A DNA stretch of 64,000 nucleotides from Ylistrum balloti. Its lineage: Eukaryota. The translations under genes and the position numbers were made by a program. Where the stretch lies: contig NW_026782228.1 in NCBI RefSeq assembly GCF_031769215.1, positions 62,001 through 126,000 on the forward strand, written 5' to 3'. Of the stretch, positions 1-16,699 are shown in pieces. Within the stretch, counting starts at the first letter, position 1; each line of letters opens with the position of its first letter. The notes beneath the pieces are model-generated. The model searched no databases, was not told the DNA's origin, and saw nothing but the letters and a program-made list of their open reading frames with translations.

Positions 1-879
1 TTTATCGCTCAAGATTTTCTCAAGCGCACGTGTTAGAAACATATCTTGTGGCCGTGTGCCTTGTTGCATTATCATTAAATATCCAGCATTACACCAATAA
101 AAAGCAAATTGTCGTTTCTAGCAAATATTGTCCGGTAACACCACCTTGTCGTCCGCCATATTATTTCCAATCAGTCACGTGACCTCCTGCATCACCACTG
201 TAAATAAATCGAAAACAACGTGTTAATATTATTCCAATGACGATATTCTAAAACATAACTGTAACTTATCATAACTGCAAAATTTGTGATTAGTTTTATT
301 TGTCAAAGATTAAAAAAGTTTTATAAATTAAGTGCGCACCTGCATTTTGTCCGAGGCTTTAAGCTGACAGATAGGTGGCGCTGTCAGCAGTTACGAAAAA
401 ATATCACCGCGGATCACAGATTGACATACGAAATATGCAAACGATCGGATCAGTATAGCGATTGTATTTGACCAACGTTTCGTTTTCATAGTAAATACGA
501 ACTAATCTTTGTAATCGCACATTTATCTTGAATGTTGATAACCAATACCACAGACTTTCCCTTAATCTCTTGGTTCTTCTGGAGAATTATTTCATATCAT
601 AATTATTATTTTAAGCATTGCGCATTAGATCCATAGGGCAACGCGCGCGACCGAGTTTACGCTGTGGCGCGTCGTCATGGTTTACTGCCAAATAATTGAC
701 CTATTTAAACATACTGAGTATTGAATATGTCAATATAATATGAAGTGATGTTTTCACTGTCGCTTTTTGTTCCCCTAGAGCATGCCGTGGCAAAATTGAA
801 GTTCTCGTGTGTGACACCTTGTGATAAGACGCAAAAACTAGTTTAATCGGCTTTTTACCCGAAATCCTGGATCAACGCT

Positions 880-2640
880 TGCTGTTAACGGTCGGAAATT
901 TAGAATTCGTTTTCTGGTAACGCCGAATGAAGCCCAGTACCTTACTAACTATTTTAGCTGATATGTGGGAATCATATTCGAGGTCTTGTTGATATGGTTC
1001 TGTCAGCAGAGTTATAATAAAATGGGATATTGTTTTTAGCAATTGAAAGGACGCTATATTTTATGGTGTGGAATTCCATTTTCCGCCATATTTTTGGTCA
1101 ACAAGTTCATTCTAAAACAGTAGCATCATTCTAAAAGACAGCAGCATCTTGATTAGAAGTGATAATAACTTTGACGTCAGCAGCGTACAGTCAAACTTGT
1201 AAGATGTAATTAATATAAAAAGAAGTGTGGTTCGAAGACTGATCCCTGCGTGTGCCCGGATTCGACTGGTACATTGGGAAGATAGCTCGCCATCAAACCC
1301 TGTATATTTTATAGAAAGTTATTGACCCAGACCCCACTTGTATAAAACATCTCAACTTGAGATTTCCTCAAGTCGAGATTTTCCTCAGCTGATATCTCCT
1401 CAAAAACGGCTTGTATAAAATTTTCTCAAGGAACAGGAGGAAATCATAGGATGTCCTGAAATTCCTTGAGGAATTTTCATACAAAATATTTTCAAGGAGA
1501 TATTAGCTGAGGAAAATCTGGGCTTGAGGAAATCTCAAGTTGAGATGTTTTATACAAGTGGGGCCAGGTGTTTAGGTTACCCATTCTGCTGTAAACGATT
1601 TGTTTGTGGAACAGTATAGGTTGTAACGGACTTTATCAAAGGCTATTGAAGAATCAGGAATGAGTTCATCCGTTTGTGTTTTCAAGATAGTTTGATACAT
1701 TATCGAAAATGAGTTTCGCGAGACCAGGATTATCTAACACCGATGTAGAAGAGTAAAATATATGATGTTCTTTCCGTATGTGACACGATACTGCTAACGA
1801 CACTGTGCGAGTAACTTATCACATATGCTTGTTGAAGAAATTGGTCTGTAATTTCCTGGGTTGTAGTTTGTAAATGGAGAAACTTGTGACCTTCCAATCT
1901 GATGGGACAATACATGATTTGATGGTGTTGATAAAGACAGGGTATTTGAGATATCCTGCTTACCATTTCCTTTCAGAATTGAGGTTTAATACCAGCAGGA
2001 CTTGTTGTTTTTGTGGGGTTTAGGTTTTGTATTGATTTCCTTACCTCGTCGACACTTAAGAAGTTTAGATCACCAAGAATAGAGATATTATTGGGCGTGT
2101 TTAAATCTTGATTAAATACATCTGGTGTAGTGGGGTTGGATTTTAATACATCAGTTTTTTATGAGAGTCAGTTTACCATCTGATTTTAAGGGAGCTACAT
2201 CACTGTGGCCGGTCTTCTGGTGTTTGATACAGGTATAATTTTCATTGAACTGAACTTGTCAACTTTTTGTGGTGAGGCTATGTTTTCAATATATTTCCAG
2301 TTTGACTGCCTTAATTCCCCATTCATTCAGTACGGAAGTGTTTTGGATTTAGTTTTAAGTTCTTGGTGCCCAGATTTGTTTTATTCAAAAAGTAATATAA
2401 TCGATCACTCCTGTGGATTTAGTCAGGAGTGATCAAGGGAAAACTGCCTCGGGATCAAAGTTAGTCAGATTCTTGCGTGAATTCATCGCTCCCTTTGATG
2501 TTATCATGTCGGATAGATCTAATTGGATGTTTCCAATTTGCTTTCTTGCGTGGCCATTGGGTAATCTTACTGGTAGTACAGAGAACCTCTACAAAGGTTA
2601 TATCCTGATCTGAGACATCAAGCAAACACCCCAGTTCCCC
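880..2640 (-). mobile_element. Decayed CR1/L2-type LINE ORF2 (reverse transcriptase) remnant
   Basis: Frame-broken motifs in RT order: IVPSDWK, NYRPISSTSICDKLL, AFDKV, GNLNTWVNNFL, SGHTQGSV (PQG), LYAAD (YADD), MEFH..K, KVLGFIRR. Confidence 0.8.
1331..1564. mobile_element. PIF/Harbinger-type MITE, 234 bp, inserted in the LINE
   Basis: Perfect 41-bp inverted repeat (1332-1372 and 1523-1563), continuing imperfectly inward. CAG is duplicated at 1328-1330 and 1565-1567. Excision restores the LINE reading frame. Confidence 0.85.
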
Positions 2641-3186
2641 ACTTGGTTGGGGTGCTGGGATGAAGAGCTAGACAAGCTGTCAAATAAACGATTCTTGCAA
2701 CGTCGCACAAGTCAAATTTGGTAAAATGTTAAAACAGAGTGTCGATTTCGGGCCTGTTGATTGTTCAGAAAATGGCGTGCTGATATATGGCTTGCAGCAT
2801 GCTGGGATGAATGACCTTGACCCACGTTGAAAGTTATACGGTTCAAATATGTTAAGAACCTAAAATTTCAACAGGCAATAGGTCATGAGTCATATTGATG
2901 TAGAAGCATGCTTGGAGAATAGACTTTCAAGTTTGCATTAAATGACTTCGCGAACTGAGAAAGTCTTCTATGTTAGCGGCTGGATATGTAAGCAATTCTT
3001 GTTACATAAGGTATCTCAGCAAATCAAGTTAGCTTAATGAAATATATTATAGTAATAGAATAATTCATTTATGGAGATGTCATGGGAGGGATAGGCAAAT
3101 GATTGTAATTTGCACGAGTTAACTCCCTGGATTCAGAGATAGCGACGAGGAGGCGACTTCAAGGAAGTGTGACTTTTAAAAAAATA

Positions 3187-3226
3187 ACACACACACACAC
3201 ACACAACACACACACACACACACACA
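3187..3226. repeat. (CA)n microsatellite, interrupted
   Basis: Read directly from the sequence. Confidence 0.95.
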
Positions 3227-3491
3227 ACCAACCAATTGTTGACCTACAGCTTAACTTCTATTTTATTGGTGTTTAAAGCCTAGCATATCATAAAAACTCT
3301 CTTTTCCATTTAATTATGATTCCTGAACAGGTACTATAACACTTTGTATAAGTGTTTCTACAATATATTACGCGAATATATTTGGTCAAATCATGTGAAA
3401 TAGGTTCTGAGCTTTACTGCACGTCAAGAGTTATAGCCTTGTGTTTATTTTTGTAATGTCTGGAGTATGATGACATCTCTGCCATCTGGAC

Positions 3492-3492
3492 C

Positions 3493-3533
<41 letters not shown>

Positions 3534-3567
3534 TTACTTCGTCGTCCCAATCAATCAATCAATCAAT
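3492..3567. repeat. (CTGT)10 followed by (ATCA)n microsatellites
   Basis: Read directly from the sequence; may belong to a Helentron/HINE-like non-autonomous repeat spanning about 3.3-4.3 kb (not proven). Confidence 0.9.
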
Positions 3568-4339
3568 CTGGAAAAACAGGATTTTTTATCCACAAACTAC
3601 TGAATTAGAATGTTGTATTCATTGTTGATAGTGAAAAATTGTCGAAAACATAACTTCCAAACCATTTCACTAACATGTATACTAATTGAACTCGCTACCA
3701 AGATGGAAATTCGTGTGCTAAAATAGGATTTTTATGCTTCATTTTAGTTGTATGTACCATCTCGTGCAGTCACACACATCTGTTCATCTGATGTATCCTT
3801 ATCTTGTTCCTTCAGACATTGTACAAAAAAGTAAATCTAGAAACTATATGACAGATATGTATCTTTGCACACCCGCGATTAATTATTGTGACCAAATGGA
3901 ACTCGTTTTAGGTCACAAGACGTGTCAAGATGACCTATTGCTATCGTCGCCAGTCATCGTAAGCAGTCCTAAATTTTTCCTTTAAAACTCTAATAGGCCT
4001 ACTGTTTAACGTCTCAGCGGATTTCAACCAAATTTTGCCTAAATCATCATAGGGGGTGGGGAATCATATATAACATTCAGACAGTTGATTTGGCCCCAAG
4101 GGACCTTGGGACGGGGCCCCAAATGGAAAGTTAGACAAAACTTTGCTTCAAAACGGTCATCTTCCCTAATTCTTAAACGGATCTCATTTAAATTTGTCTG
4201 AATCATCAATGCAGGTGGGGAATCATTTCTTAAATTCAGAAATTTGATTCGACTCCTGGGGACTTGTTATTTGTGGTTTTTTTTCAGTATAAAACAATTA
4301 ATGGAACCTGTAGGGAAATTTGAAGGTTTATTTACATTC

Positions 4340-7300
4340 AGATGTATCTAACCCTTCTTCATGATCATTCACCATGGTGTTTTAGGTTTGAACTTTATCT
4401 ACATCCCCATCCATTCATAAACCTTCTGTATGTTGGTTGATACAAGTCTGATCAAGTTTTCATTCCATAGTCTGCTGCCGAGCTGCATTGGCAAAAAGAT
4501 CCAAGACCCGCACAATTTAAGTTGAACCAATCTGCTGTGCTGTTTCTGACTATGAATATCTGCTGCATCCCTGTGAATGTTCAAAATTTGCACATGAATA
4601 TGAGATTGAAAGAATCCTAAGCAAGGTGTTTTGAATCATAATAAATGATATTGGTTAAGTTCAGCCTATCACCCTCAGTTACTACAATTTATCTTGCATT
4701 CTTTGTGTACCCAACTTGAAGGTTGACATAGGTATGCTGTTTTCCACTGCTGCCTTTTCTTTTCCATAAAGACATTTCTTTCTTTCAGATTTTCAGTTCA
4801 GGACCTCATGGATGTTTGATTGAATGTGTATTACACTGGCCTTCTTACCATTCAATCAGAATTTATTCTGTATTCACCTGTAATGCTGGGCTTACACTTC
4901 TAGTGTACCTGGGTTTTGGTTACTCTCATTGCAGTCTTGGAGACACTTCTAGTGTACCTGGGTTTTGGTTACTCTCATGCAGTCTTGGAGACACCTCTAG
5001 TGAACCTGGGTTTTGGTTACTCTCATTGCAGTCTTGGAGACACTTCTAGTGTACCTGGGTTTTGGTTACTCTCATTGCAGTCTTGGAGACACCTCTAGTG
5101 TACCTGGGTTTTGGTTACTCTCATTGCAGTCTTGGAGACACCTCTAGTGTACCTGGGTTTTGGTTATTCTCATTGCAGTCTTGGAGACACCTCTAGTGAA
5201 CCTGGGTTTTGGTTACTCTCATGCAGTCTTGGAGACACCTCTAGTGAACCTGGGTTTTGGTTACTCTCATGCAGTCTTGGAGACACCTCTAGTGAACCTG
5301 GGTTTTGGTTACTCTCATGCAGTCTTGGAGACACCTCTAGTGTACCTGGGTTTTGGTTACTCTCATTGCAGTCTTGGAGTCACTTCTAGTGTACCTGGGT
5401 TTTGGTTACTCTCGTGCAGTCTTGGAGACACTTCTAGGGAACCTGGGTTTTGGTTACTCTCATGCAGTCTTGGAGACACCTCTAGTGTACCTGGGTTTTG
5501 GTTACTCTCATTGCAGTCTTGGAGACACTTCTAGTGTACCTGGGTTTTGGTTACTCTCTGGGTTTTGGTGCAGTCTTGGAGACACCTCTAGTGTACCTGG
5601 GTTTTGGTTACTCTCATGCAGTCTTGGAGACACCTCTAGTGTACCTGGGTTTTGGTTACTCTCATGCAGTCTTGGAGACACCTCTAGTATGCCTGGGTTT
5701 TGGTTACTCTCATGCAGTCTTGGAGACACCTCTAGTATGCCTGGGTTTTGGTTACTCTCATGCAGTCTTGGAGACACCTCTAGTGTACCTGGGTTTTGGT
5801 TACTCTCATTGCAGTCTTGGAGACACTTCTAGTGTACCTGGGTTTTGGTTACTCTCGTGCAGTCTTGGAGACACCTCTAGTGAACCTGGGTTTTGGTTAC
5901 TCTCATGCAGTCCTGGAGACACCTCTAGTGTACCTGGGTTTTGGTTACTCTCATGCAGTCTTGGAGACACCTCTAGTGTACCTGGGTTTTGGTTACTCTC
6001 ATGCAGTCTTGGAGACACCTCTAGTGAACCTGGGTTTTGGTTACTCTCATGCAGTCTTGGAGACACCTCTAGTGAACCTGGGTTTTGGTTACTCTCATGC
6101 AGTCTTGGAGACACCTCTAGTGAACCTGGGTTTTGGTTACTCTCATGCAGTCTTGGAGACACTTCTAGGGTACCTGGGTTTTGGTTACTCTCATGCAGTC
6201 TTGGAGACACCTCTAGTGTACCTGGGTTTTGGTTACTCTCATTGCAGTCTTGGAGACACTTCTAGTGTACCTGGGTTTTGGTTACTCTCGTGCAGTCTTG
6301 GAGACACCTCTAGTGAACCTGGGTTTTGGTTACTCTCATGCAGTCCTGGAGACACCTCTAGTGTACCTGGGTTTTGGTTACTCTCATGCAGTCTTGGAGA
6401 CACCTCTAGTGTACCTGGGTTTTGGTTACTCTCATGCAGTCTTGGAGACACCTCTAGTGTACCTGGGTTTTGGTTACTCTCATTGCAGTCTTGGAGACAC
6501 CTCTAGTGAACCTGGGTTTTGGTTACTCTCATGCAGTCTTGGAGACACCTCTAGTGTACCTGGGTTTTGGTTACTCTCATGCAGTCTTGGAGACACCTCT
6601 AGTATACCTGGGTTTTGGTTACTCTCATGCAGTCTTGGAGCATTACTCCCTGATGTACCTCAACTTCTTTCTTAAAACCTGCAGGAGGGCCTCATTGTTT
6701 AATTCACAACAGGTTCTTTGAGAACAGAAATAGACCAAAAGAGTTTGCAGATCTTCCTTTTCCCTTCTGCCCCCTCCAAAAGGCTTTATCATATTTTAGT
6801 GAACAGTGAATTTATCGGAACATATTAATTCACATTTTCCCTTTTCCACCTCTTTTCCTTCTCATTCAGTTTGTTATCTGTCTTTAACTTATTTTGTTCC
6901 AAAAGTTTCCGCTTTTGATTAGGGACAAGGAGTTGCTATTCCAAATCATTCCTTGCATGTACTCTACACAATGTATGGCATAATTTTATCTACCTTTTTC
7001 TAATAAATCATTCATTAGACTTTTGTGACTCATTGTATAAGCTCATCACACTTTTACTTTTTGTCATCTATGCTTTTTGAATCTCTCAATACTACAGGTT
7101 GTCAACTGACTTCAATGTGGTTTTCCTCCAGAGTTCTCTTTCCTTAGTCATTACTTGGTCACTACATTTTGATCCGTTGTATTGTCCTCACATCCGTAGT
7201 GATCAGGCTTTTGGGGATCTCTCGCTATTTTCCATTTTCTAACTTTTGTGAAACAAGACATATCAACCATTTTCAATGTCTACTGATATATCTATGTCCA

Positions 7301-7480
7301 AGTCCTGCTTTAAGGTAAAAGCAACAGGAAACAATATCGTCAATGAAAAACCCCCAGTATGATCAGCCAAGTAGTCCTGCCCATTCCTGGTCATGTTCAA
7401 TTAAAGAATCAAACCCCAGTCCCTTTTGTCAATCACAAGCACTATCTCTCCACTTGTTTTTGAGTCTGACTTGTTCATAC
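4340..7480 (-). mobile_element. Highly decayed CR1-like LINE ORF2 remnant hosting the 48-bp minisatellite
   Basis: Degenerate RT-like segments flank the array (QWKTAYL, RLWNENL...VYEWM, LDLFA); many stops and frameshifts. Confidence 0.5.
4894..6640. repeat. Minisatellite, 48/49-bp unit GCAGTCTTGGAGACACCTCTAGTGTACCTGGGTTTTGGTTACTCTCAT(T), about 36 copies
   Basis: Direct tandem periodicity; accounts for all repetitive ORFs between 4.8 and 6.7 kb. Confidence 0.98.
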
Positions 7481-8299
7481 ATTTCTCTGCTTTTATTGTA
7501 ACCATACTAATAATTACAAGTAATAATGAAAAATAATTTTTGACAGAACCGATGCAACCTGATTCCTAGATGTCAGGATATTAAACAGACTAATTCTGTT
7601 TCTCAACTATCTTGGAAATGCGTAATTTTGTCGAATTATTTGTTGGTATGGCCTCTTATTTAAAAATTGTAGATGACTCCAGGTGGATGCTACCAATATA
7701 TGGTAAAAGCATGGTGTTTCCTGTTTCAAGAGAACATTTGGTTATTGGCCGATTGAACAGGATTTCATGACTTTGTTGTGTTATATTTTTTTTTGGTGTG
7801 TCTAAATATTTGGTTAATTTTGTATCTTCTCTACCTCTGCATCTCATGTGTTGATATGTTTGTTTTACATGTTAACAGTAAAAACAGGTTTGTTTGATCT
7901 GAAGCAGTCACTATGTATCTCTTCATAGAAGAATGAAAGATTTATTTTATGCAAATACAATTTATTTTTGCAAGTTTATCATATAATTAGCACATATAAA
8001 ATGTTTTGACATTTCATACTGATCTTTAAAGACTGGCAGAACAAGTAAATGGCTAGTGACGTTTTGCAGTAGAACATAAAGACCATACACATACACCACC
8101 ACACAAAAATTTATAAATAGAGTAGCACTTAACATATTGATTCCCTCTGTCTCTCATACTTTAATGTAAAACTCTAGTCAGCTTGATCTGCTCCATTGCA
8201 ACACATACACATATGCACATTTTTCTGGATTCCTGATTAGTTTAAAAGTCAAGCATGATTTAAGCTCTTTGAAACATTTCCACAGAACAATTTCTATTT

Positions 8300-8705
8300 T
8301 ACAAAGTCACATGATAGTGTTCTCAGGTGTACAGTCACATGACCACTTGGCCAAGTGTTCCTTCATTAAAGTCATATGAAAACTTTGTCAGGTGGTCTCC
8401 AGTAGACAGTCGATCACATAACAGTCACCACTTGACCTGGTGTTTTCCATGAAACATTCTCATGATCACTCAACTTGGCCAGGTGTTCTCAGGTATACAG
8501 TCACATGATCACTTTGTGAAATGTCTAGGAAAGTCATATGACCACTTGGCAAAGTGTACATGTTCTCAAGTAAACATTCACAAGATCATTTGAACAGGTG
8601 TTCTTCAGTAAAGTCACATGACTACATGGCCAGGTGTTCTCAAGTAAAATATCACATGGCTTCTTGGGTGTTTTCCAGTCAACAATCACATGACCACTTG
8701 ACCAG
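8300..8705. repeat. Degenerate tandem repeat of about 39 bp in the COPS5 3' UTR region
   Basis: Recurrent AGTCACATGACCACTTGGCCAGGTGTTCTC-like units, about 10 copies. Confidence 0.8.
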
Positions 8706-8733
8706 GTATGTACTTCAGTAAACAATGAAATTA

Positions 8734-14340
<5,607 letters not shown>

Positions 14341-16144
14341 ATTGCCAGTGATGTAAGTTTCTGAAACGGATTACGGATTGGCGAATTTTACGGATACGGA
14401 AAACGGAGTCTGATCTTAAAAGAAAAAAAACCAGAACGAATAACAGAAACGGTAACATTGCGAATATGAGGTTAGTGTTATTCCACTTATATTTAAATTA
14501 CCACCGAGTTTGTTTTTCTGTGTTTGATAATCAAGTACAGCTTGATTAATTGTCTGAATTTCTCACCGTAGTTACCTCCCCTTACTTCACTATACGTCAT
14601 GTCATGTGTTTTACAAATATTATTGAATGTTTACAGCTAGTGCACTTGTAGTGCACGAGATTCTGACTAGGTTTAGACTAAGTTTATACTACAGTTCAGC
14701 TATTTGTGCACTAAACCTGATGTCATTATCTCCCTTGATATAAGAAATGGACAGTGTCTACGGTTACCTGTGGGTTTTTTTTTCGATGCCCGAATATCTC
14801 ATATCTCATACGTCTAATGGATCGGAAAGTTACCTACTCAAATCCAATATCTATCAACTACTTTATCACATTTCTCGTGTTATATAAGGTGGCATATAAA
14901 TAGGAAGGGATGATTTGTTATCTTTGTTTTCGTATAGAAGAAGTTCAAATATGAATAACACTCAGTGTAGATTAAAAGAAAATGTCAAACAACAGTTAAA
15001 AAGTTCAGTATGACTGAAGAATCAGTCGGAGTCGCGCGGTCGTCTGATAACTGACCAATTATCAGTGACCGCTGTATGAGGAGATAAGGTAGGATAATAC
15101 AGTGTGATCAGAATTTACATCACGGCGTATTAAAAAAAACATAGCGAATGAGATCCACATTATATTATACAATTGGTTAATAATTATTTAATTGATTACC
15201 TCCAGGTTTATACTTCCCCAGAATCTGACACCGTCTTCACAAAGATTTTTTTCCAATAGTAATTTATACGTATTTTTCCTTAGATTTTATACGTATTAAC
15301 TCAAGAATTTAAAAGAAAAGAAACGTAGTGCATATATTACAGAATAATCGTCTAGATAACTGTATATACCGTATTTTAGTTAAAAGAAATTTTCTGATTC
15401 ATAGTTGTTGCCATGGTTACCAGCTCGTTTTTAGGATATTTGATATTTTATAAAATAGCAAATTTAATTTGTGGAAATACAAACTTTCCAAATCTTTTGA
15501 TAAAAATAACCAAATTTAAACATTACTAAAAAAATAAGAAAAGTTTTGTATATTGTGAACAGTATGAAGGAAAAGGATATGTATATACCAGAAATTTTCT
15601 GATTCATAGTTGTTGCCAACCACAAATTTCAGAATATATAATAGGAAAGTGAACAGAATATATAATAGGAAAGTGAAAAATATTTATTTGTTTTACAACA
15701 AAATTATTTCCTTTCATATATATCAGTATTTAGTATTTTGTCTAAGTATGAATGAAATAGGACCAATAGTCCATGATCAAAATACTGTCCATGCAAGTAT
15801 AAAGATGGTCCACTCCAATATGGGTATAGCATCAAAACAAACAGATACCAGATATTACTAACTACATTTTTGACAGGTTTTTCGAAGCAATCTGTCTGTG
15901 CTATTACATGATGAGGAGAACGAGGAAGACCGACAGCACTGGGTGTTCACTACTTCAATTTTAAATAAAAAAATATATTGAAAGTTTGCATGGGTGGTGA
16001 AGAAGATGTTCAAGCAACCATGCAGAGATATAGCCTGTCGTTAAACTTAATGTTAATAAACACAATGGTTGTCGTAGTCTTGTCACCGGTTGCTTTCAGC
16101 AAAAGCATTGATGTGCAGAAAACACAACGATATCAACATTTGAT

Positions 16145-16430
16145 TTAAACATATTTTATTGCACATGATTATACAAGTAGCAATAAGATTGGGCACAAGT
16201 TTTACAACTTATATAAAGCCATTTCAAAATATTAATACACACGCATTAAATTTACACGATAGCAAACAATTATAAACATGTTTAGAGAGAGAGGGAGGAG
16301 GTGTACAACACGAGCTTTGCATGATTAAATTACGTTCTATATATGTAGATCATCCAACTGCTCCTTCTCCATGCAGGCGCAACAGGTGATACACTGTCTA
16401 CATGTCTGAACTCGCAACTTGTCAACAATA
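16145..16430 (-). mobile_element. LINE 3' UTR/terminus fragment
   Basis: Ends AAGTTGTAAAACTTGTGCCCAATC...AATAAAATATGTTTAAA; homologous, in inverted orientation, to 18935-19190. Confidence 0.7.
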
Positions 16431-16699
16431 TATATATTTATATCAATTTCAATGCTAAAACATTATCATGCAAGCCATTATATAATAGTCAGTAATTACA
16501 CTGTATGACACTATATCATATTACATTACAACTTTACGGTTATGTTGTATGATAATAACTTGTGATGTGTTATAATGTTTTTGACCGTAAAAGTAAACAA
16601 GCTATTGTATGCTGTTGTATTTATCTGATATAGAACATTACGGCAATTACCGTAATACGAATTATTGGCCATTACTATAATATTAATTATTATCAAAGT

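Noticed and set aside
1730-1966. Penelope-like RT (IVSS.VSHTER resemblance)
   Set aside because: Neighbouring frames give NYRPIS, AFDKV, QGSV and YAAD in CR1/L2 order, so it is an APE-type LINE.
4816-6721. Long overlapping ORFs (up to 255 aa) with LGDTSSVPGFWLLSCS repeats
   Set aside because: They are translations of the 48/49-bp minisatellite. The 49-bp units shift frame repeatedly, and there is no splice or domain evidence.
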